DNA of 64,000 bases. Origin: the human T2T-CHM13v2.0 reference genome, Homo sapiens. The notes under the pieces are model-generated. The model was not told where the DNA came from and did not search any database. It worked only from the letters and a program-made list of their open reading frames with translations. The stretch lies in the NCBI RefSeq assembly GCF_009914755.1, contig NC_060926.1; one strand, 5' to 3'. The position numbers and the translations under genes are program-made. Positions 1-12,180 of this stretch are shown piece after piece (the stretch's first letter is position 1; every line of letters starts with the position of its first letter).

Positions 1-484
1 CATACATCCATGTAGTCTATTTTAAAGGTGTGGAGGCCCATGTAATAAAGAAGAATAACATCTACTGAATGCTCAAGTGCTAAGTATCATGCTTTGTACT
101 TGAATGCGATATTATTGACTCCCCACACAATGTCATCACCACTGTTTATAGATGGAGAATGTGTGTCCCTAGTCACACACTAGTAAGAAAAGGGCTCAGA
201 TTTGAGTCGGTGTGATCTGAAATATCCTCTGCCCCTCTCTGTCCCCTCGGTATGCAGCTTGAGGGATGCCTAGCTCCCAAGTCTGGGGCGTTTAGCACTC
301 TGAGATAATGATACTCATTGGCCCCCAAATCCTGATAAATCCCCAAATCCTTATCAAGCTTGTCAGACTCCTATAGACAGATGCCTTGGGTGAACCTATG
401 TCATAGGTACACACAGAATTCTAAAATATCTTTGGTAATGGACAAAAGAAATTTATATTTCAAGATCATCTAAGAATTACATTT

Positions 485-800
485 GGCTAGGCCCAGTGGC
501 TCACACCTGTAATCCCAGCATTTTGGGAGGCTGAAGCAGGCAGATAGTTTGAGCCCAGGAGTTCCAGAGCTGCCTGGGCAACATAGGGGACCTTGTCTCT
601 ACAAAAAAAAAAAAAAAATTTAATTAGCCAGGTGTGGCACTGCACTCCTGTGATGCAGTGACTAGGGTGGGGTGGGTGAGGGGGACAAGGTAGGGGGATC
701 ACTTAAAGCACAGAAGATTGAGGCTGCAGTGAGCCGTGATTGCACCACTGCACGGCAGCCTGGGCAGCAGAGGGAGACCCTGTCTCAAAAGAAAATAACA
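485..800 (+). mobile_element. AluJ-like SINE with a G-rich disruption in the right arm
   Basis: Dimeric Alu structure with gagcccaggagttc and gcctgggcaacatag motifs, middle A-run and A-rich tail. Confidence 0.9.
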
Positions 801-2335
801 AAAATTTAAACATAAAAATAAAATTTTCATTGAATGTCTGATTTCAAACTCCCACCCCTCCCTAATTTTCTCCCCAGTTGCAAACAAAAGCCAAGTGGGC
901 CAGTCCGAGCTCCTGGCCTTCATTTTCCCTGCCCACCCGGTGCTAGTGAGCAGCGAAATGGCCACCTAGAGGGTGGACCAGCAGGGGCCTCGGCTGTCCT
1001 AGGAGTGGATCGCGGCCCCACATATGTCACGACACCACTGGCTTTGGCACACGCTGCAGCGAGGCTGGCACGGCCCTGGGGCCAAACGTGGCACGGCCGA
1101 GGTGCAGCAAGGAAGGCTTTGTGCCCTGCCTCCCAAATGGAGTTCCAGGAAGGAGTCAGATGACCTGAGTTATGGAAACCAAATGGCCCTCCTTTGTTTA
1201 GAGAGAGAGAGAAAAAAGTCACTCATTTTTGTGGTAAAATGAAAACAGGCTCCAAACCAAACAATCCTCTCGGAGCAGAAAATGCCAGCTCCACAGAGCA
1301 GGCCCACAGCCTGGGAGGCTGATACACTCGGATGGAGGAAGGTCTTCCACAGCCTCAGCGAAGCCTTTGCAGGCCTCCCAGTGAGATTTTCCTCTGTTTT
1401 GCTCCAGAAATATTTGGTCTCCCAAGCAGAAAAGGAAAAGGAAAGGAGGGGGAAAGTGAGAAATGTCTGCCTGGCCTGGGCCACACTCATCCTCTCACTC
1501 CTTTCCAGTTGGGATGGAGGAAGGAGAGAGGAGTTGTCCAGAGGCAGCCGGAAGTGAGGCCAGGCGCTAACCCAGGAGCAGGGCATGCCAGCCTGGAGTC
1601 TCCCTGGCTGTGGCGCTGCAGTGCGCTGCCTCGGATGCTCTCCTCGGCGTGACCCAGCTCTCCCCACAGAAGGCAGCCAGAGTCACATGGCCTCCTGTGG
1701 CTGCTCTGTGGCTGCCCCGTGGCTCTGTGGGCTGGCTATGTGGACAGGAATCTGTACTCCCAGGTACTGCTGGTGCATGTGCAACAGGATAAGCCATGGC
1801 CACGAGGAAATAAATATAGGTTCGAGTCAGCCACGCCTGTCCCCAGTTCAGTTTATTCTCTAATACAAGCCTTTCCTGGAATGGAGAATCTCTTAGTGAG
1901 AAAAGAGTAATGCAGAGTTCATTTCTAGTCTTGGCTTTGCCTCTGGCTTGCGGTGCAACCTTAGCTCACTGTCATCCCGCTCAGCCTCCATTTTGCATCT
2001 GAAATATGAGCCTAATGATCCCTGCCCTGCCTTAACTCACGAGGTTGTCATTACAAGGAAACGAAGCACAGCTTCTATCAAGGCTGGTGCTTATAGCCTA
2101 TTAGATAATCATGCAGACTCTGCAGCCAGGCTGCCTGGGTGCAGATCCAAGCTCCCGTGTGTAACCTTGGACAAGCTACTTAATCTCTCTATGTCTGTTC
2201 CTCACCTTTAAAATGAAAGGAATAATACACCATCCTGATAGCTCTGCTAGAAGTTTAAATTTGACTAAGTGACATACAGGAAGTGCTTAGAGATTGCCTG
2301 CATGCAACATGCGCTGGCAAGTCTGGCTGTCATTG

Positions 2336-2693
2336 TAGATGCTCCTTGACTTAAGATGGGGTTATGTCCTGATAAATCCATCGTAAGTTGAAAATACCAT
2401 AACTCAAAAATGCATTTAATACACCTAACTTCCCAAACATCATCGCTTAGCCTCGCCTACCTTAAACATGTTCGAAACACTGACATTACCCTATGGTTGG
2501 GCAAAATCATCTAACGCAAAGCCTATTTTATAATAAAATGTCGAATAGCTCATGTAATTTATTTAATATTATACTGAAAGTGAAAAACAGAATAGTTGTA
2601 TGGGTACTCACCATTAATATACACAACTGAAAGCACCTTTATAAAGTCACAGTATTGTTTAAGTCGAACCATTGTTAAGTTGAGGACTGCCTG
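2336..2693 (+). mobile_element. TcMar-Tigger MITE (MER47A/Tigger5a-like)
   Basis: Starts tagatgctccttgacttaagatggggttatgtcctgataaa and ends aagttgaggactgcctg+TA; terminal inverted repeats visible. Confidence 0.8.
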
Positions 2694-2739
2694 TATTATC
2701 ATCACCGATGGAAGGACATCTTGAAAATAATAATGCTTG

Positions 2740-3052
<313 letters not shown>

Positions 3053-3159
3053 TCAATTTAGGTACTACATGATCCTACACTGTCATCATAAGCTTTATAA
3101 TTTTACTCAATACAGCGTCACCATTCCTGCAACATTCCATCATCTGCCAACAGCTGATT

Positions 3160-3775
3160 CCAAATATGAGGATAACCTCCAGTAGTTCCCTGTTGCGCTT
3201 AGAAAAAATTTCAAAAGCTTCATCATGGCCTATGTGGCCGTGGTCATCTGGCCCTGCTGCCTTTTCTAGCCTCATTTGGAGCCATTGTCTGTCTCACTTA
3301 GATTCAACAGCCTCACTGGCCCTCTTTTAGCTCTCAAAAGATCTGGGGTCCTTCTTGCCCCGGGATCTTTGCAGTGCCTCCCCCTCTCCCACTCCATCCC
3401 ATCACCCAACCTCAGGTTTCAGCTTAAATAGCCTTTCCTTGGGGAAGCATTTCCTGACCTCCCAGATGAGGGCCAGCCCCCTCCTCCTTTTGTGTGCTCA
3501 TCACAATTATAATTACATAACAATTTGTGTAATTACTAGCATGTTGGCTCCTTGGACAAGGTACTTTATCTGTTTCGTTCATTGCAAGCCTTAGCACATT
3601 GCTTGGCACATGGTACACACTCAAAGAATTTATTTTTTAATTATGTTAAATAACTGTCTCTCCTGCCTCCTATAAAATCCATGAAAGCAGAGACTGTGTT
3701 TCTCTTCTCAAAGCCTGCATCTCTAGTATATAGTAGGTCTTCAATAAATATTTGTTGAATGAATGAATAAACAAA
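3160..3775 (+). mobile_element. L2 LINE 3' fragments
   Basis: Degenerate L2 motifs ending in tcaataaatatttgttgaatgaatgaat; boundaries approximate. Confidence 0.6.
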
Positions 3776-4933
3776 TGACCTGGAATAACCTCCCTAACTT
3801 TTCACCACTTGAAGATTTTCCTGTACATCTTCTTCCTCCTCTTGCCAATGGGGACGTTGTGCTTAGCACTCAGATGTGTCCTCTATCTCCCATCCCAGGC
3901 AGCTTCCTAACCTTCACTCAGGCAAGAGTTTAATGTCAGCTATATTCTGCAGTCATGACTTGCAGATATCATAAGCGACATCAGTGTCACAACAAAAGCA
4001 GAATATTATCCTTTAATAATATATGTATTCCTTTGTATCTTCTAGTTATAGGAACTTGTAGTCACAGCCTGATTAATGACATAGATCTTATTCATCTTCA
4101 TTTCACCTGTAGGCCCTACCACAGCCTTTTTGTACAGCACATGTACCCAATCAAAGCTGAGGCTTGAAGGGATGACTATTATATACTTAGTATAATAACT
4201 TCTCAACCCTGTCTCTGGCCCCAGAAACTGGGATACAATGAAGTTCTTAGTGAGCTTGAATTGAAGCCACTTTAAGCTTTTTCCTGGTCATCCATTAGAA
4301 GAAGCACAAGAACTTCCCTACTCCAAGAGTCCCCGACTCTGATTCACCTTCTACAGCTACATCTGCTATGACCTCCAAAATCATCACTTCAGTTTTACTC
4401 AAAAACCCACCAAAGTTCTTTCTATAACTTACAGAACTTTGTGCAAATCCCTCAGGCTAACTCAAAGAACTTGACCAAACTTTCTATACTGATCTTTTCA
4501 AATTCTTCTTATATCCTACCTTGGAACATGCCTTTAGTATGCCCTGTCTTTGCTCATGCCATTCCTCCAACCAAGAATGTCTCTTCCCCATCTCTGCACA
4601 AAAGCATAGCTCATGTTTTGTGCTTTCCGAAGACCTGACTATGACAGCCATGTACAGGAAGCTTCCTGTCTTATGAAGCCCAATGATACTTTGGTGAAGT
4701 CATTTGTCAGCAAACTTTTTCCACAAATATGGCTTATCTCTCCAACTACCCTTAGACGTGGAACTCCTTAGGACCAGTCTAATATTTTCTTGTTTCCCCT
4801 CAGTGATTCCTGCTCTATCTAGGAGTTCACTCACTATTTTCTCACCAGTTGACTCAACTGCACATACCACAGGAAGCTATGATTCAGGCAGGAGCACTTG
4901 AGTTCACTGCTAATGGGTTTTACAGCTCAAGAG

Positions 4934-5231
4934 TTTTGTTTTTGTTTTTGTTTTTTTATTATTATTATACGTTAAGTTCTAGGGTACATGTGCACAACGT
5001 GCAGGTTTGTTACATATGTATACATGTGCCATATTGGTGTGCTGCACCCATTAACTCGTCATTTACATTAGGTATATCTCCTAATGCTATCCCTCCCCCC
5101 TCCTCCCACCCCACAACAGTCCCCGGTGTGTGATGTTCCCCTTCCTGTGTCCAGGTGTTCTCATTGTTCAGTTCCCACCTGTGAGTGAGAACATGCGGTG
5201 TTTGGTTTTCTGTCCTTGCGATAGTTTGCTG
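4934..5231 (-). mobile_element. 5'-truncated primate L1PA 3' end
   Basis: ttaagttctagggtacatgtgcacaacgtgcagg... is the reverse L1 3'UTR; T-rich tail; TSD TACAGCT(C/T)AAG at 4921 and 5232. Confidence 0.93.
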
Positions 5232-5372
5232 TACAGCTTAAGTTTTTAAGCTCAAAAAGATTTTTGTTTTTTTGGTATCTCCCTGGACTTGGTTGATGTT
5301 CTCTAGAAGTCATTGAATTTGAAATTATAAACTCACCTCCCTCTTCTTAATCCAGTGATTTCCTTTTTGCAG

Positions 5373-5442
5373 ATGAGAAGCCCTTTTCTGTGGAAGATAC
5401 TTATTTACTGTGTCCAGCGCCTATCTTAAAAGAAGTTGGCAT
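5373..5442 (+). CDS. ANTXR1: ANTXR1 coding exon (about exon 11), Ig-like domain: (N)[22 protein letters not shown](M)
   Basis: Acceptor tcctttttgcag|ATGAG and donor GGCAT|gtaagt; 70 nt; the split codon AT|G joins the next exon in frame. Confidence 0.96.
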
Positions 5443-5574
5443 GTAAGTTTTCACCAGCAACTGAACCTCCCAGCCAGGGAAGAGAGAGAGGAGGTGTACG
5501 GGGACAGGGGAAAAGAAAGCATCTAGAGAAAGTGGAGCCTTTCTCTAGGTTCCTCCAGCTTATGACGGAGCCAG

Positions 5575-5775
5575 TGTTTACAGTGACCCAGACGCCAGGA
5601 TAAGTGTTTTACAAAGTATCTCACTTCATTCTCCCAGGTTCCCCATTAACTAGGTATTCCCACTATCCCAGTTTTACAGACATAGAGACTGTGGCTGCAA
5701 GACTTTAAATAGCTTGCCTAAGGTCACACAGCAGTGAGTGGAAGAGCTGGGCTCAATCCAAGGTCTGTCTGGCTT
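5575..5775 (-). mobile_element. MIR SINE
   Basis: ttttacagacatagagactgtggct...cttgcctaaggtcacacagc MIR core. Confidence 0.7.
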
Positions 5776-6726
5776 AATCACACCTACACTTCTAGAAAGT
5801 TCTCACACACTTGACCTCGCTCTGTCATCACCATTGCCCTGCTAGATAATTGTTATCTCCTCCTTAGAGAAAGGGAGGCTCAGAAAGGCCAAGTAGGGCC
5901 ATGGCTGGTTCATGGCGAGCCAAGACCCCAGACTCACGCCTTCTGATGTCCCACACGGTGCTCCTTCCTTGACTCTGCGCAGCATCGGATGTTCACCCAG
6001 ACCGGAAAAAATTCCCTGAACTAATTTATAGGGGAAAATCTCATGGTGATGCAATTATAATAAGCACTAGTGAGATGAGATCAAAACCATCAACAGAAGA
6101 AAGAGAATGGGCACCCTGAGCAAGAAAAGAAATACATGGGAAATGAGGCAATGCTGGTGCAGAGAACAATAACAACAAAAATAACCTCTCCAAAACCGTG
6201 TCTATAATAGGCTAGACAAAGAATGGAGGCTTTAAGGGAAAAAAGTTGAACTTGTTCATCTGAATTTTGCCTTCAATCGTGTGTTCATATTGTGAAACCT
6301 CCAACTCTGGTTGCCCAGCATCAATCTGTGATGCCACTGATTTCACAAATTAGCTCAGTGTCCATGCTGCGAAATGCAACAAAACAAGAGGTCAGTTTCC
6401 AGCGAGTGTCTTAGAGTGGGAAGAGATGGAAGACAAATGCATCTTCTGCTTTACTTCTGTGAGTCTGTTGAATGGTAACAAAGCCACCCCCATCAAATCA
6501 CTGAGAGTCCAGATAACAGCAGAATATTGCATTTATAGTTAGCCCAGTCTACCCCCATTGACTTGGACTATTTTTGAAGAATACTTTGTCCAACTACAAT
6601 GTGACAAGCAAGTTAAATGAAAGTAAGCTTTGCCCATTCAATGCCACTCACTGCAATGCCGGAACGTCTGAATGCACTGCCTTAATATACCAGCCAAGCA
6701 TATCCTGACACTTCTCTAAACTTTAA

Positions 6727-7023
<297 letters not shown>

Positions 7024-7642
7024 TAAAGATCTCATTATCATTGTCACTATCAACGTTTCTTAAGCAGTAATCTTCTCCAAAGGTACCCTGGAAAGTTTTT
7101 TGGTTCTTCGTTCTGCTTGCTGAGCTTTGATCCCAGCACTGCTCCACCAGCCCCAGGCTGGATTGGGGTGTGCTGTACCCCAGAGTGTATCAGGCATGTC
7201 TGTGTTAAGTTCTCCAGCTTCCCCATTTCTGCTGAAGGGGAGATCTAAAGTCACTGGCCTGACCAGACGGTAAGATGGGCTATGTCTGTGCAGTAATGAG
7301 GGTGGAGTCCCAGATAGAGTGGGTTTAGGAGAGAATGGACGGAAGGGAATTGGACAGCATATACAGAAAGAACGTCTTAGGGAGTTCATCTCTAAAGGGA
7401 TGCAGGAAAATGGGTATGAGCTGAAGGAAAATGTGGAGTTTGGGGAGGTCATTTTATTTAGGATGGGAGAATTTGCAACTTGCTTATTATTGTGGAAATA
7501 ATCCAGGAGAAAATGGAAAACTGATGAAGCAGGAGAGAGAGTGGGGAAGGAGCCCTTACAATAGGGATTGTGAGGCAAGAGCGGGGACTGCATTCTCTCT
7601 CCCAGCTCCTCAGATAGCCCTTCTCTGGAGCCTTCGCATCAA

Positions 7643-7812
7643 GTAGTTTTCATTCCTGGCTATATATAAAATCACCTGGAGAGCTTTTTAAAAAGATTGG
7701 TGCCCTGACCGCATTCGAGACTGACTGAACCTAAGCCTCTGGCATGAGCCCTAGCTTTGGTGGTTCCACGGCATCCCCAGGAGGTTGTCATGTGCAGCTG
7801 TGACTGAGAACC
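7643..7812. mobile_element. hAT-Charlie MITE (MER5-like)
   Basis: aatcacctggagagctttttaaaa...tgcagctgtgactgagaacc motifs. Confidence 0.65.
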
Positions 7813-7914
7813 CGTCAGCCTCTGGAGTTGGTCCTGCCCACTGTCAATGTCTCAGAGCTCAGCCTGTCAGGGGGCAGTCAGGGCTTAGTTAGCTTGTGTC
7901 AAGACCTCAACCTT

Positions 7915-8214
<300 letters not shown>

Positions 8215-9339
8215 GACATCAGCCCCTAACATGAGCATTTCCAAAATAACCTTTGTCGGCGTATTCAGTTTCTTTAACTGAATACATTTCTCCATTAGCT
8301 CATTCTAGAAACTAATGTTTGGCCTGATGGTCAGCTTAGGAAGTTATTATACTATAGTCACTTCCTCGTTGGCCTTTGGAAGCTGTGTTGTTAGAACCTC
8401 TCAGTAACTGGAGTTGTGTCCTTAATACCATCACAGTTGGATAAGAAAGAGCAGGCATGCACTGAATGTAGATAATATAGAAATGGGTTATCATAAAAGA
8501 ACAGGAAGCCAGTCCTCATGATGGACAACAGTCTCCCTCCTAATGCCCCCAACACCAATTTTCATCTTGTGTTAGGAGCAAACCAATTTTCTTGAAAGCA
8601 GGGTAACCCATTGTAAAGGTACAGATGATGGGAAAGTTTTACTTGACCAAAGCAAGAAACTAGGATTGTGTCAGAGAAGTGTTACCACTGAGAAATGTCC
8701 ATGTCTCAGACATCTGGTCAACCCTCAGTCTGTAGGCCTCAGTAGGACACCACCAAATTTTAAAAACTGTATGCAGAAGTGTTGAAATTTCTTCAAGTGT
8801 ATCCTGCCTGATCCTGTTGAAAATTGACCCTTCTGGGACCTGCCAACCTGCAGGAAATGATTAAAATACTCTAAATCAAATAACTCCATTTCAGATTCCT
8901 GCCAGCTTTTGAGTGATCCAACAGTTGGATCTGTATTTCTCATTATGTCTGACCATACCACCAAGAAACAGCCACTGCCCTTGAGACCACAGAGCAGAGG
9001 AAGTGGGAAGGGAAGACATCTCAGGACTAAACTTGTGGTATGGCAAATACAGGGCTACAACTTTAAATCATGGGCCTCTAATTAAGAAGAAAAGGTGTCC
9101 TTGCCAATGCATTGCAAAATTAGAAGAATTCCCATTGAGTCCCACTACACCTTCCCAACCCACGGCAGCCTCCAGTTACATCTTACATCTCCCTCATCTG
9201 AGCACATGCCACTAAATCTTCTCTTCACTTGACCCTTGATCAAGACCACCTCATAATATATTCTGCATTATTCCATTTTCATGTGAGAATGCTGTATTCG
9301 TTTACAACAAAATTATAACCACTCTAAGATTTGTGATCC

Positions 9340-10260
9340 AAGTTCTTTCAATCATGTATTCAACACATATTTATTGATCACCATGTGCTAGGTACCACTC
9401 TGGGTGCCTGGGTTATATCAGAGAATGCAACAGATAAAAATACCTGTGTGATGGGGGAAGGGAAGACAATGAGTTATAAACATAGTAAACAAACTACATG
9501 CTATGGCAAAAGGTAATAGATGCTATAGGATAATTAGAGGAGAGTGAGAGGATTTCCTACTACCTAAGCGAGTAGGTTCCAATTGTAAATAGAGTAATGG
9601 ATACATTGAAAAGGTGGTATTTGAGTAGCAACCTGGATAGTGAGGAAGTTAACCATGAGGCTATGGGAGTGTGGGGAAGGGTGGGATATCCCAAACCAAG
9701 AGCCCTCATGCTAAGACCCTGTGGCCAGCGATCCTTGGTGTTCACAGAAGAGCAGGCAGGGAGGTGCCATCCCCAGGCATCTCCACGCCTGCTGCTGTCC
9801 TTATTCCCTCTCAGGATAGCAGCAGGCAGTGAGGTGCCTGGGGATAGGATGTGCAGGGTTGTGGAAGGACTTTGGCTTTTGAGCAGAGGAAAACATGGTC
9901 TGACTTATATTTAGAAGATTACTTGGCTGAAGGCAGACAGAGACAAAGATGGAAGCAGTGTGACTTGTTAGGAGGGTTATGGCAATATTTCAGGCAAAAG
10001 GTGATGATGGGTTGAATCAGGGGAGGGCAATGGAGGTGGAGAGAAGTTGTCAGAGTTGGATTTATTTTGAAAGCAGAGCTAATGAATTTTCCAAAGCATT
10101 GAATATAGGGTTTAGAGAGAGAGAAGAATCAAGAATGTCCCAAGGGTTTTGGCCTAAGAAACTGAAAGGATGGAGTTGCCATCAGCTGCCAGACAGGAAG
10201 AAGACAGAGGGAGAAGAAGACTTAGGGAGGAGGGGGAACAATCAGGGAATCAGTTTTGCT
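9340..10260 (-). mobile_element. L2 LINE fragment (hosts a long hairpin at 9769-9845)
   Basis: Begins with the reverse L2 3' end attcaacacatatttattga...gtgctaggtacc, followed by the purine-rich L2 body. Confidence 0.7.
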
Positions 10261-10300
10261 GTGTACTGGTTATGTGACCTTAATAAGTTGTTTAGCCCCT

Positions 10301-10597
10301 AGCCAGGTGCCATGGCTCATGTCTGTTATCCCAACACTTTAGGAGACATAGGCGGGTGGATCACTTGAGGGCCAGTTTAAGACCAGCCTGCCCAACATGA
10401 CAAAACTCTGCCTCTACTAAAATACAAAAATTAGCCTGGCATGGTGGCACATGCCTGTAGTCCCAGCTACTTTGGAGGCTGAGGCAGGAGAATCAGCCTG
10501 AACATGGGAGGCGGAGGTTGCAGTGAGCTGAGATCATGCCACTGCACTCCAACCTGAGTGACAGAGCGAGACTCCATCTCTGGAAAAAAAAAAAAAA
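10301..10597 (+). mobile_element. AluS SINE inserted into a MIR
   Basis: Full Alu; TSD ttgtttagccc; MIR sequence resumes after the tail. Confidence 0.93.
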
Positions 10598-11827
10598 TTT
10601 GTTTAGCCCTTTTGTGCTTTAATTTCCCAATCGATAAAACTAAGATAATAAAAAATTTATATCAGTATTGTGAAGATTAAATGAAATAATATTTGTAAAG
10701 TATTTGGCAGAAGACCTAGCAGGTAGTAAGTGCTCAGTAATTATTAGCTGTTTTATAGTGGAAGCTTAATGAAAAAAGTTTTAACTAATTTGAGATTCTT
10801 CCTAGAGAGCTGGCTCTTTAATTCAGAGTCTCATTATAACCAAGGGGCTCCTCTGAGACAACATGTATCCGGGGGTACATGTTTATCACTAGACCAAGCC
10901 CAGGTGATTGAAAGGGGGAAGAAGAGATGGCCAAATTCATCCAGAAAAGGGGCCTCATATTCAAACATAAAACTCCAGTCCCCAACCAGGTCCTACACAG
11001 CAACTCAAATTAAAGGCTGAAACTATCATTGGGCAAAATAGAGATGCAGGTGGAACGTGTGGGTATCCAAAATATGAAGTAAGGTCTTGGACTTTCGTTT
11101 GTTTCTTGGGAAGCTGGTTTGGAGGACAAGGTTTTTCAATCAAAAGTGATCCCCTGGGTCTGAGTAAACGGATATTGTCAATGCCAGTCACAGCCTGCCC
11201 AGTTCATCACCTGGAACCAAAAATATTTTTAAAATATGTAGTTGAGACTTTTCTTTTCTCACTTTATTTGGTGCCCATTTGGACACCTGTGTCACAAGTT
11301 TTCAAGGTCTGCAAATGAATAACTGTTGCCTGAGCCAGAAGCAGAAATTCCATGGAGTTTTACAGGAAAGAGATTTTTCCGTCCAAGAGCTAAAACATTC
11401 CTATACAAATGGTAAACTTTGGTGAGCTCCATGACTATAGAAAATGGTCAAACATCCAGAGTCCTCTCTCACCAGATATTTAAATACACCCATCTCTGTA
11501 GTCTTAACTGCCTCACTTTTCTTCACCAAACTCCAGCCAGAAGTTGAGAAAATTACTAATATAGTGCTGCTTTCAGTAAAGTATTGAAAAGAGATTTGTC
11601 CTTTTGAACAAAGCAAGCAAATTTTAGAAACATAAAGAACTTTTCATGAAGATTGTTTTCTTTTAGGTACTTAAAAATTCTATTATTTCCCACCCAAAGT
11701 GTCCAAAAATCAAGAAATCAATCAAGTATGTCTTGAACTCCTACTGTGTCTCCTAGTCACTGTCCTTAAGGAGCCTAAAATCCAGTTGGAGAAAGAGTCC
11801 AACAAGCATATAAAAGAGTGTATAATA

Positions 11828-12180
<353 letters not shown>

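Noticed and set aside
7060-7593. 177-aa minus-strand ORF
   Set aside because: Ser/Pro/Phe-rich translation of purine-rich, probably L2-derived sequence.
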